From: Opitutales bacterium
GTDB lineage: Bacteria > Verrucomicrobiota > Verrucomicrobiia > Opitutales > JABSRG01
NCBI GenBank assembly: GCA_049599475.1
Contig: JBMYOQ010000007.1
Location: forward strand, 32,001-96,000
DNA length: 64,000 nt
Direction: 5' to 3'
In this document: positions 28,969-39,500 of the stretch, piece by piece
How the letters are laid out: each line of letters starts with the position of its first letter
Numbering within the stretch: position 1 is the first letter of the stretch
Notes under the pieces: model-generated
Told to the model about the DNA's origin: nothing
Seen by the model: only the letters and a program-made list of their open reading frames with translations
The model's database searches: none
Program-made: the position numbers and the translations under genes

Positions 28969-29379
28969 TCACCCAGACTGCAGCCGGATGTCTCGGATCG
29001 CGTCGCATTCCGGGATGGCCTTGATCTTTTTAAGGATCGTCGCCTTCTGAAATAGGATTTCGTTGCGGAGGCTAGCGTTGCTTGTGGCGATGAGTAGGAC
29101 GCCTTGGGTGGTTATTTTCACGGGGCTGCAACGGTGTGCAAAGCGTCCCCCCATGATGTCTCGCCAGTGCTCCATGAGTACCCGTTCTGGTTTGGTTTGC
29201 TCGATGCCATACTGTTTAAACAAAACATCTACCAAGTTCTCGATTTCCATGGTCGACCGCATACGTGCCCGGGTCGGCTTGTAGGACACGCCCTTAAAAT
29301 CCGCGATAGTCTTGATCGCAGATTTTGAGAAGGGCAGGCCGCCTTCGGGGCTATGTTGCGGATTCCTGTTTTGGGACAT
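28969..29379 (-). CDS. DUF721/DciA family protein
   Basis: W.DIMG..FA..C.P......GVLLIATSNASLRNEI.F.K..IL..I pattern. Confidence 0.8.
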   Translation of the reverse strand: MSQNRNPQHSPEGGLPFSKSAIKTIADFKGVSYKPTRARMRSTMEIENLVDVLFKQYGIEQTKPERVLMEHWRDIMGGRFAHRCSPVKITTQGVLLIATSNASLRNEILFQKATILKKIKAIPECDAIRDIRLQSG

Positions 29380-29559
29380 GTAGTGCAGGTGGGTTGAAAA
29401 TACTCCTCAGGCAACTTGTTGGAAGGACAAACGTAAATCGATTCGAGTGTCGCTTGAAATCGGTGAAAGAACTGCTGTAAAAATCTTGCTATGAAAATGC
29501 CTAGCTTTTGTGTCTGATCGAGGCCTTTGCCTAGACTGCAACTTACCAACTGATTCCTA

Positions 29560-30600
29560 ATGAAAAATATAATTCGAGCGTTAAATGTTATTATTGCTGG
29601 TTCGAGCCTAATGTTTGTGGGCTGTGTTACCACGTCCTATACCGAAGCCAATGTTTGGACGGGTTCCGGCTATCGAGATCAGAATATTCGGCACAATGTA
29701 GTGGCAGTATCGACGATAGGCCACGCATCGGAGCAACAGGGGCGTCTCAGTGATTTTGTCATGTTGCGCGGAGCTGAATTGGCGATAGAGCGCGGATACG
29801 AATACATCACTGTTATTGCTTCTGAAGGCTTAGAAGGTGTCGAGCGTGAGGACGTCGGGGGTGATTCTTCTTTTCAATGGGGTGGTCGTGGCGCTGTGGC
29901 AGTCTTTGCGCTCTTGCATGAGCAGCATGCCCATTTTGAAAACGAATTTAATGCTAAACAGTTGGCGGCTACTTTGATTACTCGATGGGGGTTGGACGTA
30001 TCGCCCTCGTCCGGAGCCTTTGATCCAGGGACTGTCGAGCTCGAGGCTGAGTTGTTTCCAGGAATGAATGAACTGCCGGCGAAAGACGCAAAAGACGTCA
30101 TCGTCTTTACCGATCCGACGCTTGCGGGCTTTGAAGGCATATCTATAGGGATGGTCTCTGATTTCGAAAACCCGTTTGTCTCAGATTTTGATCTAGAACT
30201 TGAATTGCGTCGCCTTGCAGCTGAGTCTGGTGCAGATGCTGCAGTTGTTGGCTTTCCCCCTTACGGTCCTGAAGCAATCGTGGAAGCGCCTGCACTTACC
30301 ATGAAAGCGAGCCTTTTGCTCATTCCAGATGCCGCGTTTGGTATCCAGTGGGAGCCGGGCGAACTTGCTCTAAGCAAATATGAAATACGTCGATTTGCTG
30401 AATACAGCCGTGCGGATGATGCAGGGCTGTTGATTGGTGATCGTGTGCTGCAGATCGAAAACGTTGATATGCTGGACACGCTCGCATTCCACAAATTGTG
30501 GTTGAGCTTGAAGCCTGATCAAGAGGTCACCTTTACGGTATCGCGCGAAGGCAAAGAGATGAAGATTAAAGCCCCAGTCACCGGGAATCTGATCAACTAG
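29560..30600 (+). CDS. Lipoprotein with C-terminal PDZ domain
   Basis: Lipobox FVGC; FGIQW...SRADDAGLLIGDRVLQIEN...FTVSREG PDZ signature. Confidence 0.8.
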   Translation: MKNIIRALNVIIAGSSLMFVGCVTTSYTEANVWTGSGYRDQNIRHNVVAVSTIGHASEQQGRLSDFVMLRGAELAIERGYEYITVIASEGLEGVEREDVGGDSSFQWGGRGAVAVFALLHEQHAHFENEFNAKQLAATLITRWGLDVSPSSGAFDPGTVELEAELFPGMNELPAKDAKDVIVFTDPTLAGFEGISIGMVSDFENPFVSDFDLELELRRLAAESGADAAVVGFPPYGPEAIVEAPALTMKASLLLIPDAAFGIQWEPGELALSKYEIRRFAEYSRADDAGLLIGDRVLQIENVDMLDTLAFHKLWLSLKPDQEVTFTVSREGKEMKIKAPVTGNLIN

Positions 30601-30623
30601 AGGAGTCGCCAGAATTTCAAAAG

Positions 30624-30654
30624 AAAAGGTCGCCCGATGATGGGCGACCTTTTT
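30624..30654. terminator. Bidirectional rho-independent terminator
   Basis: AAAAGGTCGCCC-gatgat-GGGCGACCTTTTT between convergent genes. Confidence 0.88.
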
Positions 30655-30678
30655 CGTATTCAAATTTTGCTTACTATT

Positions 30679-32508
30679 TTAGTCTTCGGGAAGAGTTCGA
30701 TCAGCGATGATGCCGAGGAGTTCCGTGAGGAATTCTTCCGGTTTCTTGAGACCCTCGAGTGCTTTATTGGTTCGAGAGTTTACCTTTATGAGCCCTTCTT
30801 CAGCTTCCTTTTTACCCAGTACGAGGAACGTCGGCACTTTGTCTACGTGGCACTTGCGGATCTTCGCTCCTAGTTTGTCGGCAATAGCATCGACCGTTAC
30901 GCGAATCTTAGCAGCCTTTAGGAGCTTTTCGATTTCGCGTGCTTGCGGAACAAGGTCGTCATTCATCGGAAGGATACGCACTTGTTCTGGGGCCAACCAT
31001 ATCGGGAAATTGCCTGCAAAGTGCTCGATCAATACTCCGGTGAAACGCTCAAGCGATCCGAACGGAGCCCGGTGAATCATAACCGGGCGGTGCTTCTCGT
31101 TGTCCGGACCAATGTATGTGAGGTCAAAGCGTTCGGGTAGATTGTAGTCGACTTGAACAGTACCCAACTGCCACTCGCGGCCCAAAACATCTTTGACCAC
31201 GAAATCGATCTTGGGACCATAGAATGCGGCTTCTCCAGGCTCCTCGGTGTATGGGACTCCGAGCTCGCGGACAATTTCGCGAAGCGCGTCTTCTGCTTTG
31301 TCCCAAGATTCGGGTTCGCCGACATACTTTGAGCTGTCAGGATCGCGCAGAGAGACGCGGACGCGGTAGTCACCCATATCTAGGGTTTGGAAAACGGTTT
31401 TGACCAAGTCTAGGCAGCCCCGAATTTCGTCGGCCAGCTGTTCTTCTGTACAGAAAATGTGGGCGTCGTCCTGAGTGAAGCCCCTTACCCGAGTCAGGCC
31501 GTTGAGCTCTCCAGATTGTTCCCAGCGATAAACAGTGCCGAATTCGGCGAGGCGCACGGGTAGGTTGCGATAGCTGTGTGGCTCCGAATCAAAGATCTTG
31601 ATGTGCATCGGGCAGTTCATCGGACGGAGCATAAAACCATCCATTTCACCGCTCTCGAGCTGGCTAGCGTATTCGCCAGCAGTGACACCGCCTTCAGCAA
31701 CTTTGTCAAAATCATCGCGTTCAGGAATCGCTGCGAATTGGCTTTCCTTGTAATAAGGGAAGTGGCCAGACGTGCGGAATAGATCGAGTTTTCCAATGTG
31801 TGGGGTGTAGACGATCCCGTAACCAGCGTTGCGTAATTCCTCGGAGATAAAGTCCGTAAGTGCCTCACGGACAATAGCGCCTGCGGGTTTCCATAGGATC
31901 AGGCCTTGTCCCACCTCACTATCGATTGTGAATAGCCCCAGTTCTTTGCCCAGTTTGCGGTGGTCGCGCTGCTTGGCTTGTTCGAGCTGTTCGAGATAAG
32001 TCTCCAGTTCTTCCTTTGTTGGGAAGGCAGTGCCGTAGATGCGTTGGAGCTGCTTATTGTTCTCGTCGCCACGGTGATAAGCACCTGCGATCGAAAGCAG
32101 CTTAAAGGCTTTGATCTTCTTTGTGTATCCCACGTGCGGCCCTGCGCACAGGTCGACGAATTCACCGTTTTGGTAAAAAGAAATGGTGTCGCCTTCGGGA
32201 ATGTCGGCGAGACGGCCCAGCTTATAGGTTTCCTGGCCAGCTTCCTTAATGATAGCGGTCGCTTCCTCGCGAGATACTTCGCGGCGTTCAAAGCGCTGGT
32301 TCTCTTTCACCACCTTCTTCATCTGAGCCTCGATCTTCTCGAGGTCCTCGAAGGTCAGCTTGTGGTCCAAGTCGATATCGTAGTAAAATCCCGTGTCTGT
32401 AGGCGGACCGATATCGAGCTGTGCCTCGGGGAAGACCCGAAGAACGGCTGTAGCTAGGACGTGAGCGGCCGAGTGGCGAAGCTCCTCAAGCGGAGACATG
32501 TCTTTCAT
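30679..32508 (-). CDS. thrS: Threonine--tRNA ligase (short form without the N-terminal TGS domain)
   Basis: LRHSAAHVLA, DLCAGPH, RDHRKLG, PMNCPMH, RVRGFTQDDAH, AFYGPKID, HRAPFGSLERF. Confidence 0.98.
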   Translation of the reverse strand: MKDMSPLEELRHSAAHVLATAVLRVFPEAQLDIGPPTDTGFYYDIDLDHKLTFEDLEKIEAQMKKVVKENQRFERREVSREEATAIIKEAGQETYKLGRLADIPEGDTISFYQNGEFVDLCAGPHVGYTKKIKAFKLLSIAGAYHRGDENNKQLQRIYGTAFPTKEELETYLEQLEQAKQRDHRKLGKELGLFTIDSEVGQGLILWKPAGAIVREALTDFISEELRNAGYGIVYTPHIGKLDLFRTSGHFPYYKESQFAAIPERDDFDKVAEGGVTAGEYASQLESGEMDGFMLRPMNCPMHIKIFDSEPHSYRNLPVRLAEFGTVYRWEQSGELNGLTRVRGFTQDDAHIFCTEEQLADEIRGCLDLVKTVFQTLDMGDYRVRVSLRDPDSSKYVGEPESWDKAEDALREIVRELGVPYTEEPGEAAFYGPKIDFVVKDVLGREWQLGTVQVDYNLPERFDLTYIGPDNEKHRPVMIHRAPFGSLERFTGVLIEHFAGNFPIWLAPEQVRILPMNDDLVPQAREIEKLLKAAKIRVTVDAIADKLGAKIRKCHVDKVPTFLVLGKKEAEEGLIKVNSRTNKALEGLKKPEEFLTELLGIIADRTLPED

Positions 32509-32613
32509 GGCAATAGATGCAGGTTGAGTTAAACGCTAGGGCGTAACACAGGAGGACGCTTCTGCCAAGGATTGGATGCAAAGAAGCGCCGCTTTCAAGG
32601 GAGGGGCCTGTTC

Positions 32614-32637
32614 GGGAGGGACGCTGTCCCAGCGTCC
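32614..32637 (+). repeat. REP-like palindrome (GGGAG foot + 8-bp stem)
   Basis: GGGAG-GGACGCTG-TCC-CAGCGTCC; same family as the copies flanking the RAYT at 41.3/42.1 kb. Confidence 0.75.
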
Positions 32638-32675
32638 GTTCGGCGTGGTCATGGTCCGCTCGCACCCCCTCTTCA

Positions 32676-33854
32676 CTAGAATTGTGGGAAACCGGGGTCG
32701 TTATTCTCAACGATGGCTAGGCCCTCAACTTCGATGAGCCAATCTGGACGGCATACCGAGCCCGCGACGATGATACTGGGCGTATCGCCCATGCGTATTT
32801 TCCATTCTCTTTTGATTACTCTAGAATCTGCAGGGTCGCGTAAATAAATGAGCCAATGTTGCATGTCGCTGAGGCCTGCCTTGGCTTCTTTCAGGAGCGC
32901 ATCCACATTCTCGATCGCACGTGCGAGTTGGTTCACCACATCGTTTTTGTGCAATACTTCGCCATTAGAATCTATACTTGCGGTGCCTGATATGAAGATG
33001 TGTTTGCGGTCCTGGTAACTTATGGCTGTGGCTCGTTCAAAGCGCACGCCGTAGCGGTCTGTTCGGCTAAGGTAGTCCGCCGCTTGCAAGTATTGTATCT
33101 GGCCTTGAGATAGTCCCGATACGGAATAGGTATCCATGGATACACGGGCCTGTGGATGTGCGAGACGCGCTTCGATACCGGTGCTTGCGATGTAATGAGA
33201 ATGCGGGTTCAATCCCTCTCGATCAAACACTTCATTGCGACCACTTACGACGCCGGCGTAATTGTGGTCGACATCGCGGACGTGTAGCCATGTGCGCACC
33301 GCCTCGTTTAAGAGAGTGCCGCGGATATGAGAGAGTTCATGTGTGTATTGATCGAACACCGATACCGTTTGCTCGTGGGTGGAGTGTTCGCCGGGATCAG
33401 TGAGTCCGGTGCTCCAAACGTGTTGCAACTTGCCCCGAGTGCGTTTCCAAGTGCTCTTTCCGATCTGAGTAATGTCCGAGTCATTATCTACGACATGATA
33501 TGCTAAAAGCACCATCTTACTGCCATTCATGGGTGCCTGCCCGATCATTGAGACCGCACATTCCTCTCTCGAGCCTAGAGGGTGTCGCTCTAATTCGATA
33601 CACTGGTTAATCACATCGCTTAGGAAAAAGCGTCTCCAGATGGCAGATCCATTTTTAATGCCCAGTTGTTCAAGAGTCTTTAAATAGACGGTCTGAGTCG
33701 TGTCTAGTTGCTCGGAAAAACTCCCTGTAGCGAGTGGTTTTACGATAATATGAAACTCATTCGCGGTTGAGGAATTTCCGAATCGTGAAATCTCCACTTC
33801 GGCTCGAGGGTCATCAAATTTTATGCTGAGCTTCATCTTTTTAAACGGATTCAA
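32676..33854 (-). CDS. Rid/YjgF-fold hydrolase, long chorismatase (FkbO/Hyg5)-like form
   Basis: RTWLHVRDVD, ASTGI, FERATAI, ISGTASID, VCRPDWLIEVEG. Confidence 0.8.
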   Translation of the reverse strand: MNPFKKMKLSIKFDDPRAEVEISRFGNSSTANEFHIIVKPLATGSFSEQLDTTQTVYLKTLEQLGIKNGSAIWRRFFLSDVINQCIELERHPLGSREECAVSMIGQAPMNGSKMVLLAYHVVDNDSDITQIGKSTWKRTRGKLQHVWSTGLTDPGEHSTHEQTVSVFDQYTHELSHIRGTLLNEAVRTWLHVRDVDHNYAGVVSGRNEVFDREGLNPHSHYIASTGIEARLAHPQARVSMDTYSVSGLSQGQIQYLQAADYLSRTDRYGVRFERATAISYQDRKHIFISGTASIDSNGEVLHKNDVVNQLARAIENVDALLKEAKAGLSDMQHWLIYLRDPADSRVIKREWKIRMGDTPSIIVAGSVCRPDWLIEVEGLAIVENNDPGFPQF

Positions 33855-35641
33855 AGAGTGTGGACGTATTCAATAAGTTGATCCAATTCTTCGGAAGAGA
33901 GTTGATCGGTCTCTCCGTGCATGTGCTCTGGGTTAAATCGTGTCATGGATTCATGGATGCTTGTTGCGCGCCCGTCGTGTAGGTAGGGGGCTGATCGCCA
34001 AACTTCTCGTAGAGTAGGTACATCGAATTTTAACTCACTTTCATCGTCGATTCCGGTTCCGACCCACTCGAGAGCCTTGTTTGTGTAGTTGTTGCCGTTG
34101 TGGCATTCCGCACATCCCGCTTTACCGCGAAAGAGGCGTTTCCCTTGTTCAGCGCTTGGGCTCAGGTTTCCGTCGATTAAATAGGGGCTAGGTGTTTGGC
34201 TGAGTGAGCTCAGGTAAAAGTCGATCGCCTGGGCATCCGACTCAGGCATAGCACTCCTTAGGAACTTGATTCCAGCACGCACGGAAGTCTCTGCATTGGG
34301 TCTGATCCCAGTGACGGTTGTCGGAGGCGTCTGGTGTGCAAGCAGGAGAGATTTTGCCTGGCGTGGGGTGCCTACGCCGTCATTCTCTAAGTCCCAGTTC
34401 AAGGCATCGGTTCGAGCATCTGGGTGGCAGCTCGCACATGACATCCAGTTCTGAAAACTATGCATAGCGTTGTGAAAATGAAATTCTCCCTGACGCGAAG
34501 CTCTTAGAGCTTTGGGCGGAAGTTCAAGTGATATTTCGGATTCAGACGAGCTGAACCTTTCGACTGCGTTGTTAAAGTAGGACGCGATTAGTAGACTATT
34601 ACTTTGAGGGTCGAAGGATAAGGCTCTTGGGCCGAGGCCCTTCAGGTCGAAGCGCCTCTTCCATGCATAGCCGAGGCGTAAATCATAGCCCATTTGCTCG
34701 CGCTCTTGCTCGGAGAATGACTCTAGAGTTTGAATAAGTGCGGGATAGTCTATCTCAATGATCTGGTGCGTCCCAGATAGGCTTACCCAGGCTTTTGTAT
34801 CGCTTATTTGAATATCCCATGGATTGGCCGCGCCACGATACAGATCATCCAGTAACAAGGTGCCGAGCATCTTAGCATTGTCTAAATCGATTACGGACAA
34901 GCCGTTTTTAATGATCCATCCACGTTCGATTTGCGTGGCCGGCACGCGATGGCTTCCGATCGTCATGGCTGATAGAGCGTAGCGCTTGTCAGGAGTGAGT
35001 GCGAGTTTGCGGGCACCAGAGCTGCCATCCTCGAGTGGGATTTCCGTTATGCGACCATTGCGTGTATTGAGCTTCGCGATACTCACGCCGGTCCAGTCTG
35101 CATTTGCGGACCGATCGCTGAGGTGATGAAGTACGACGAGTTCACTATCGTGTCTCCAATGGAGGTCGACGGGTTCGCGCAATACGGGGTGCTTTGCGCT
35201 TATTTGCCAGGTGCGCGCATCGTAGATCCAAACTTCGTTTTTAAAGCGCTGAGAAATTGCGAGCTGAAATCCGTCGGGACTGAAACAGGGGGCCTGAGGG
35301 CTGTGTCCAGCTTTGAAGGATTTCTTAGTCTTAAGCGATTTTGATTCGAGAATGTGTATATATCCGGTTCCTACGCCGCCGGTGACAATCAAAGATCCCG
35401 AATCTTGGGAAAGAGTCATACCCATTGGAAGGGCGGGCAGGGTGGTCCTGGCGATTAATTCATTGTCCCTGGAGAACCGATAGATCTCGTTGGTCAGGGA
35501 TGCTGCAAGATAGTATGATCCATCCGAAACCTGCAGAATATTTTCGAGACCCCAGTCGCCCTCGTATTCCGTATTCCCGTAAAGGCCAGCGAGCATGAGC
35601 CCGAAGGATAAAGCAGTGACCTGGAGCCATTTTAACATCAT
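33851..35641 (-). CDS. Exported YVTN-type beta-propeller fused to a di-heme cytochrome c (CCP/MauG-like) domain
   Basis: Signal peptide; propeller repeats (AGHSP, REP, GAANPW, GLGPR); CASCH and CAECH; FDVPTLREVWRSAPYLHDGR. Confidence 0.88.
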   Translation of the reverse strand: MMLKWLQVTALSFGLMLAGLYGNTEYEGDWGLENILQVSDGSYYLAASLTNEIYRFSRDNELIARTTLPALPMGMTLSQDSGSLIVTGGVGTGYIHILESKSLKTKKSFKAGHSPQAPCFSPDGFQLAISQRFKNEVWIYDARTWQISAKHPVLREPVDLHWRHDSELVVLHHLSDRSANADWTGVSIAKLNTRNGRITEIPLEDGSSGARKLALTPDKRYALSAMTIGSHRVPATQIERGWIIKNGLSVIDLDNAKMLGTLLLDDLYRGAANPWDIQISDTKAWVSLSGTHQIIEIDYPALIQTLESFSEQEREQMGYDLRLGYAWKRRFDLKGLGPRALSFDPQSNSLLIASYFNNAVERFSSSESEISLELPPKALRASRQGEFHFHNAMHSFQNWMSCASCHPDARTDALNWDLENDGVGTPRQAKSLLLAHQTPPTTVTGIRPNAETSVRAGIKFLRSAMPESDAQAIDFYLSSLSQTPSPYLIDGNLSPSAEQGKRLFRGKAGCAECHNGNNYTNKALEWVGTGIDDESELKFDVPTLREVWRSAPYLHDGRATSIHESMTRFNPEHMHGETDQLSSEELDQLIEYVHTL

Positions 35642-36538
35642 CTAGAAATTTTCTTCTGAGAACGGGTGCCCGTTGGGCAGATAGGCGATGCCTGCGACTT
35701 TGTCATACCCGTCTAGGTACCAAGAGTGCACGATCTTTTTGAGATTTGGATCGAATTCGAAAAGGTCAGGAAGGTCTTTGTGCTTATGCCATGTGGCGAC
35801 TAAGAGATTGCCCCCTGGAAGTAATGTAATCCCTGTCGCCGGCACCGCTTTTGCCAGCCCGAGGTCTTCGGAGAACTTTAGCGTCCATTCGTGATTTCTA
35901 CGCTTATCGAAGCTGGCTAGTGCATTGCGGTAAGCGATGAATGTGCCGCCATCTTCCCGGCGAAGAGCTGAGGTGATTGTAGGGAGGTTTCGAATCTCCC
36001 ATATTACCTCGTGAGTGTCGGGGGCGATCTCGCGAAACACGCCTGCATTTGTCATGGGGACGAGTAAATTGCGACCTCCTTTAACGACATAGCGGAATTG
36101 ACCGTGGGTCTTTGATTTGAGTGGGGACACACGAGTGGTTCGAATTGCCGCGCCATTGTGATCGAGCGTGACCAGTTCACCTTTACCCTCATGGGCAATG
36201 AGGTATTTCCCTTTTTCTAGGGTGAGGGCAGTCGCGTTTTCAGCTCCGGCAGGGACATGGTAATTCCAAATGGGTGAGCCATCTCTTGCGAGAAGCCTGG
36301 CACCGTCGATAGTCGCACAAAAGATCTCACCTGTTTCGGTGGTGCTGACCTGCTGCGGGTGCTTGAGGCCCTGCTGAGAGCGCCATACGACATCTCCTTC
36401 TCTATTTATTGCGAATAGGGCATCTGGACTATGGCTCGTCAGTAATATGTGGTCGCCTTCAATTAGCTGCCCCTCATACGCCATAGCGGAAGTAATCCAT
36501 AAACAGGCGGCTCCGAATAGATGCTTTAGCATGCTCAT
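35642..36538 (-). CDS. Exported beta-propeller protein (PQQ/arylsulfotransferase-like blades)
   Basis: Signal peptide; repeated G.VVW/IW blade motifs; abuts or overlaps its neighbours. Confidence 0.7.
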   Translation of the reverse strand: MSMLKHLFGAACLWITSAMAYEGQLIEGDHILLTSHSPDALFAINREGDVVWRSQQGLKHPQQVSTTETGEIFCATIDGARLLARDGSPIWNYHVPAGAENATALTLEKGKYLIAHEGKGELVTLDHNGAAIRTTRVSPLKSKTHGQFRYVVKGGRNLLVPMTNAGVFREIAPDTHEVIWEIRNLPTITSALRREDGGTFIAYRNALASFDKRRNHEWTLKFSEDLGLAKAVPATGITLLPGGNLLVATWHKHKDLPDLFEFDPNLKKIVHSWYLDGYDKVAGIAYLPNGHPFSEENF

Positions 36539-39500
36539 TTGTTATCTTTCTCTTCGATGACTATACGGAAGCCCACGTCGTGAACTTTTTGCCAAGCATG
36601 GTATGCTAGGCGGTAGGAGGCTGTGGCTCTGTAAGGGCGATCTCGATACGAACCACCACGCACGACTCGACGCAATTGGGGATCGTCAGCACTGGAAGAA
36701 TTTGAATCCACAAAGGGGTAAGGGCGATTTACAGAACGGGTCCATTCGGCTACGTTGCCGTGCATGTCGTAGAGACCCCAAGGGTTGGGTAGGTATGTGC
36801 CTGGAGAGGTCTGTATTTGCTGACCGTCGTTTACTCCTTCGATATAGGGTATCCACATCTCATGGCGGTTGGGATTAGTCATAGTCACGATCTTGGTGTA
36901 GCGCGGGCTGCCGGAAGCGGTATTTTCCCCGAAGCGTTTCATGCTCGCGTCGCTCAGGTTCGCAAATGTCGAGAAGTCTGTATTCAATTCCCCATACCAA
37001 AAGCTGCTCTCCCGACCCGCTCTTGCGGCCCATTCCCATTGTGCTTCTGAGGGAAGGCTTACACAGTAGCCAGTTTTCTCGCTTAGCCACTCACAGAACG
37101 CCATTGCGGTTTTCCAGGAGACACGAACTGCTGGAAGTTCATCGCCATTTACAGAGATGCCCTCTTGTCCAAACTGTAGATTCAGGCGATCTTCCATGCG
37201 AGAATTGTGGTCTAATACGAAGTGACGCAATTGCTGGTTCGTAATTTCCTTGGAGGACATCCAAAATGCCTTTTCGATTTTTACGGAATGGCGAGGAGCC
37301 TCAGCTTGGGTCTCAAGATTAGACCCCATTGTGAAAGTGCCTGAAGGGATTGGAAGCATGTCGATCAGCTCGCCATCGCCTAGGTCGATTTGAATCGACG
37401 TTGATTGAGTGTCCGTTACTTCAACGCTGAAATCTGATTGCTCCGCACTTGGAGTATTGGGGGCAGTCACTGGGTTCTGTATATGTTTTACCAATACAGC
37501 TTTTGCCTCTGGAGGATCTAAATGGACGAAATTGTCTCGACCCGCGTATTTTTGGCTGAGTTCATTGCCTCGTGCAAAGGTCCGCTCCAACTTTTCGCGA
37601 TTGATGGTACGGTGTTTTATATCCTGAACGAGATCTCTGCGATAGCCGTGAAAGGGAGCGTTGTAGTCCATCCACGTTTTGAGATGAAGCAGCTCCTTTT
37701 CAGTCAGAACAACACCGTGGTGTCCTTTTTCTAGAATTTGGGTCAGCTCAGAGACAATTGCACCGTACTCACCCGGATTGGGGACATCCATTGGGCTCTC
37801 GGTCCCAGGGTGGCGAACGAGGCTATGAAGGGTCATGTAACTCTCTGTGAATTTGCCTCCGTAGATGGGGTTTGCAGCACCACCCGAGCGGTTTTCGTAA
37901 TCGTTTATAGGGGTTGCTCGGAGGTCGGGTATGCCATCCGCGAATTCTGGACGCCGGGTGGTGAATCGCCCATTGCTGGCTTGGCCGTCGTGACAGCTTA
38001 CGCAGTTTGCATCGAGTATGGGCTGTATTTCATGGGCGAAGCTTATGGGACGTGCAATATCGAGCCAGGTAGTGAGGGGCTTGGGCTCTTGGATGCTTGC
38101 TAGAGTTGCTGTGGGGCGCGGCATATCGCTCGCAGGTTCGTGACAGCCGACACAGCTCATGCGTTCTCCTCCCATTGCTGTGGCCCAAGAACGCATGCCT
38201 TGCAGGGCCTGACCATGTTTATCCAGGGGTTGAAAAAACAGAGGTGTTTTCGAAGGGATTTTTGCCGTGAGAGAACCGTCTTCATTGACAGGGGTTACGC
38301 CGATCACCGTTTTTACATCCCAACCGCTATCAACACCGATTGTCCCCGGATGACCTCCGGCTCCGCCATGGGGTGAGAATTGATAGGTCCCGATACGGAG
38401 TTGTTTTACGGTGCCTCGAGGAATGTCTTTGAGGCCGGGGCCGTGATAGATGTCTTGGACGTAGATTGTAGCCTCGTCGCTATCGGGTTTTATGAGGGAC
38501 GGAATGACCGGGGGCTTTGTTTGCTTGCGCAAGGGGATCGGTTCCAGAAAGCCTTTACCTTCTTCTTCCCAGAGTAATACCGCATTGTCATAGATATCTA
38601 CGAGATATATGCCGCGAAGCAGGTCGAAATCACGTTGCATGCTTACGAGAAAAAACTCGCCTGCGCCCGCATGCGTCCCTTCCTGGGCGAGTGGGAAGGG
38701 GTGTAGGATTTGAGGCATCACATCGTGCATAAGGGGATCCTTTACGACACGCTTTACCTTCTTGTTGTAACCAGGTAGCTCCCGGACGACTGCTTTTTCA
38801 TTTTGAGTGTGTACCGCAGGATCAATTACAATCATACGACCGACACGCATGGGCCCGTGGTGACCGCTGATCGTGCCAACAATTTGACTCGGGTGTCCTG
38901 GAATGGGGCGAGCGTAGAAGAAGCTCGCGGGGAAATAGCTGTTGCTGAAAGCGATACTCTTTTGGCCGGAACCGTCGGGATTCATGACCATCAAGACGCG
39001 ATTATTACTGTGCTGCATATCGCTATATTCCCAGCGCGTATACATAACACGCCCGTCTTGGAGCATTGTAGGATACCATGATGTGTCTTGGTCGAAGCCC
39101 AGCTGTCGGACTGTTTGACGATCCTTTTCCATGCGATAGAGGCTCGCCATTCTCGGTATCCCGTTGATACAGGGCATGCCTAAAAATGTGGCGGTGGATG
39201 CGAAAATGATGCCGCCATCTGGAAGATATACACCGTCGAAGTGGTCTACGTCGCTTCCATCATCGGGGCCGAGCTCCACAGGGGAACCTCCGCGTAGATC
39301 CATTTCGAACAGGCGGTAAGCTCTGTCCTTCGGTCGTGACATGGAAAACATAATACGCTCTGCATCGTAGTGTAGGTCGACGTAGTTAATGTTTCCTCCG
39401 TGTTCAGAATGATAAACCGTCTCACGCTCAACGGTATCCGAAAAAACGTTCTTCAGCCGTATAATACTCGTGTCCCACCCATTGCGCTGGGACTGGGCGA

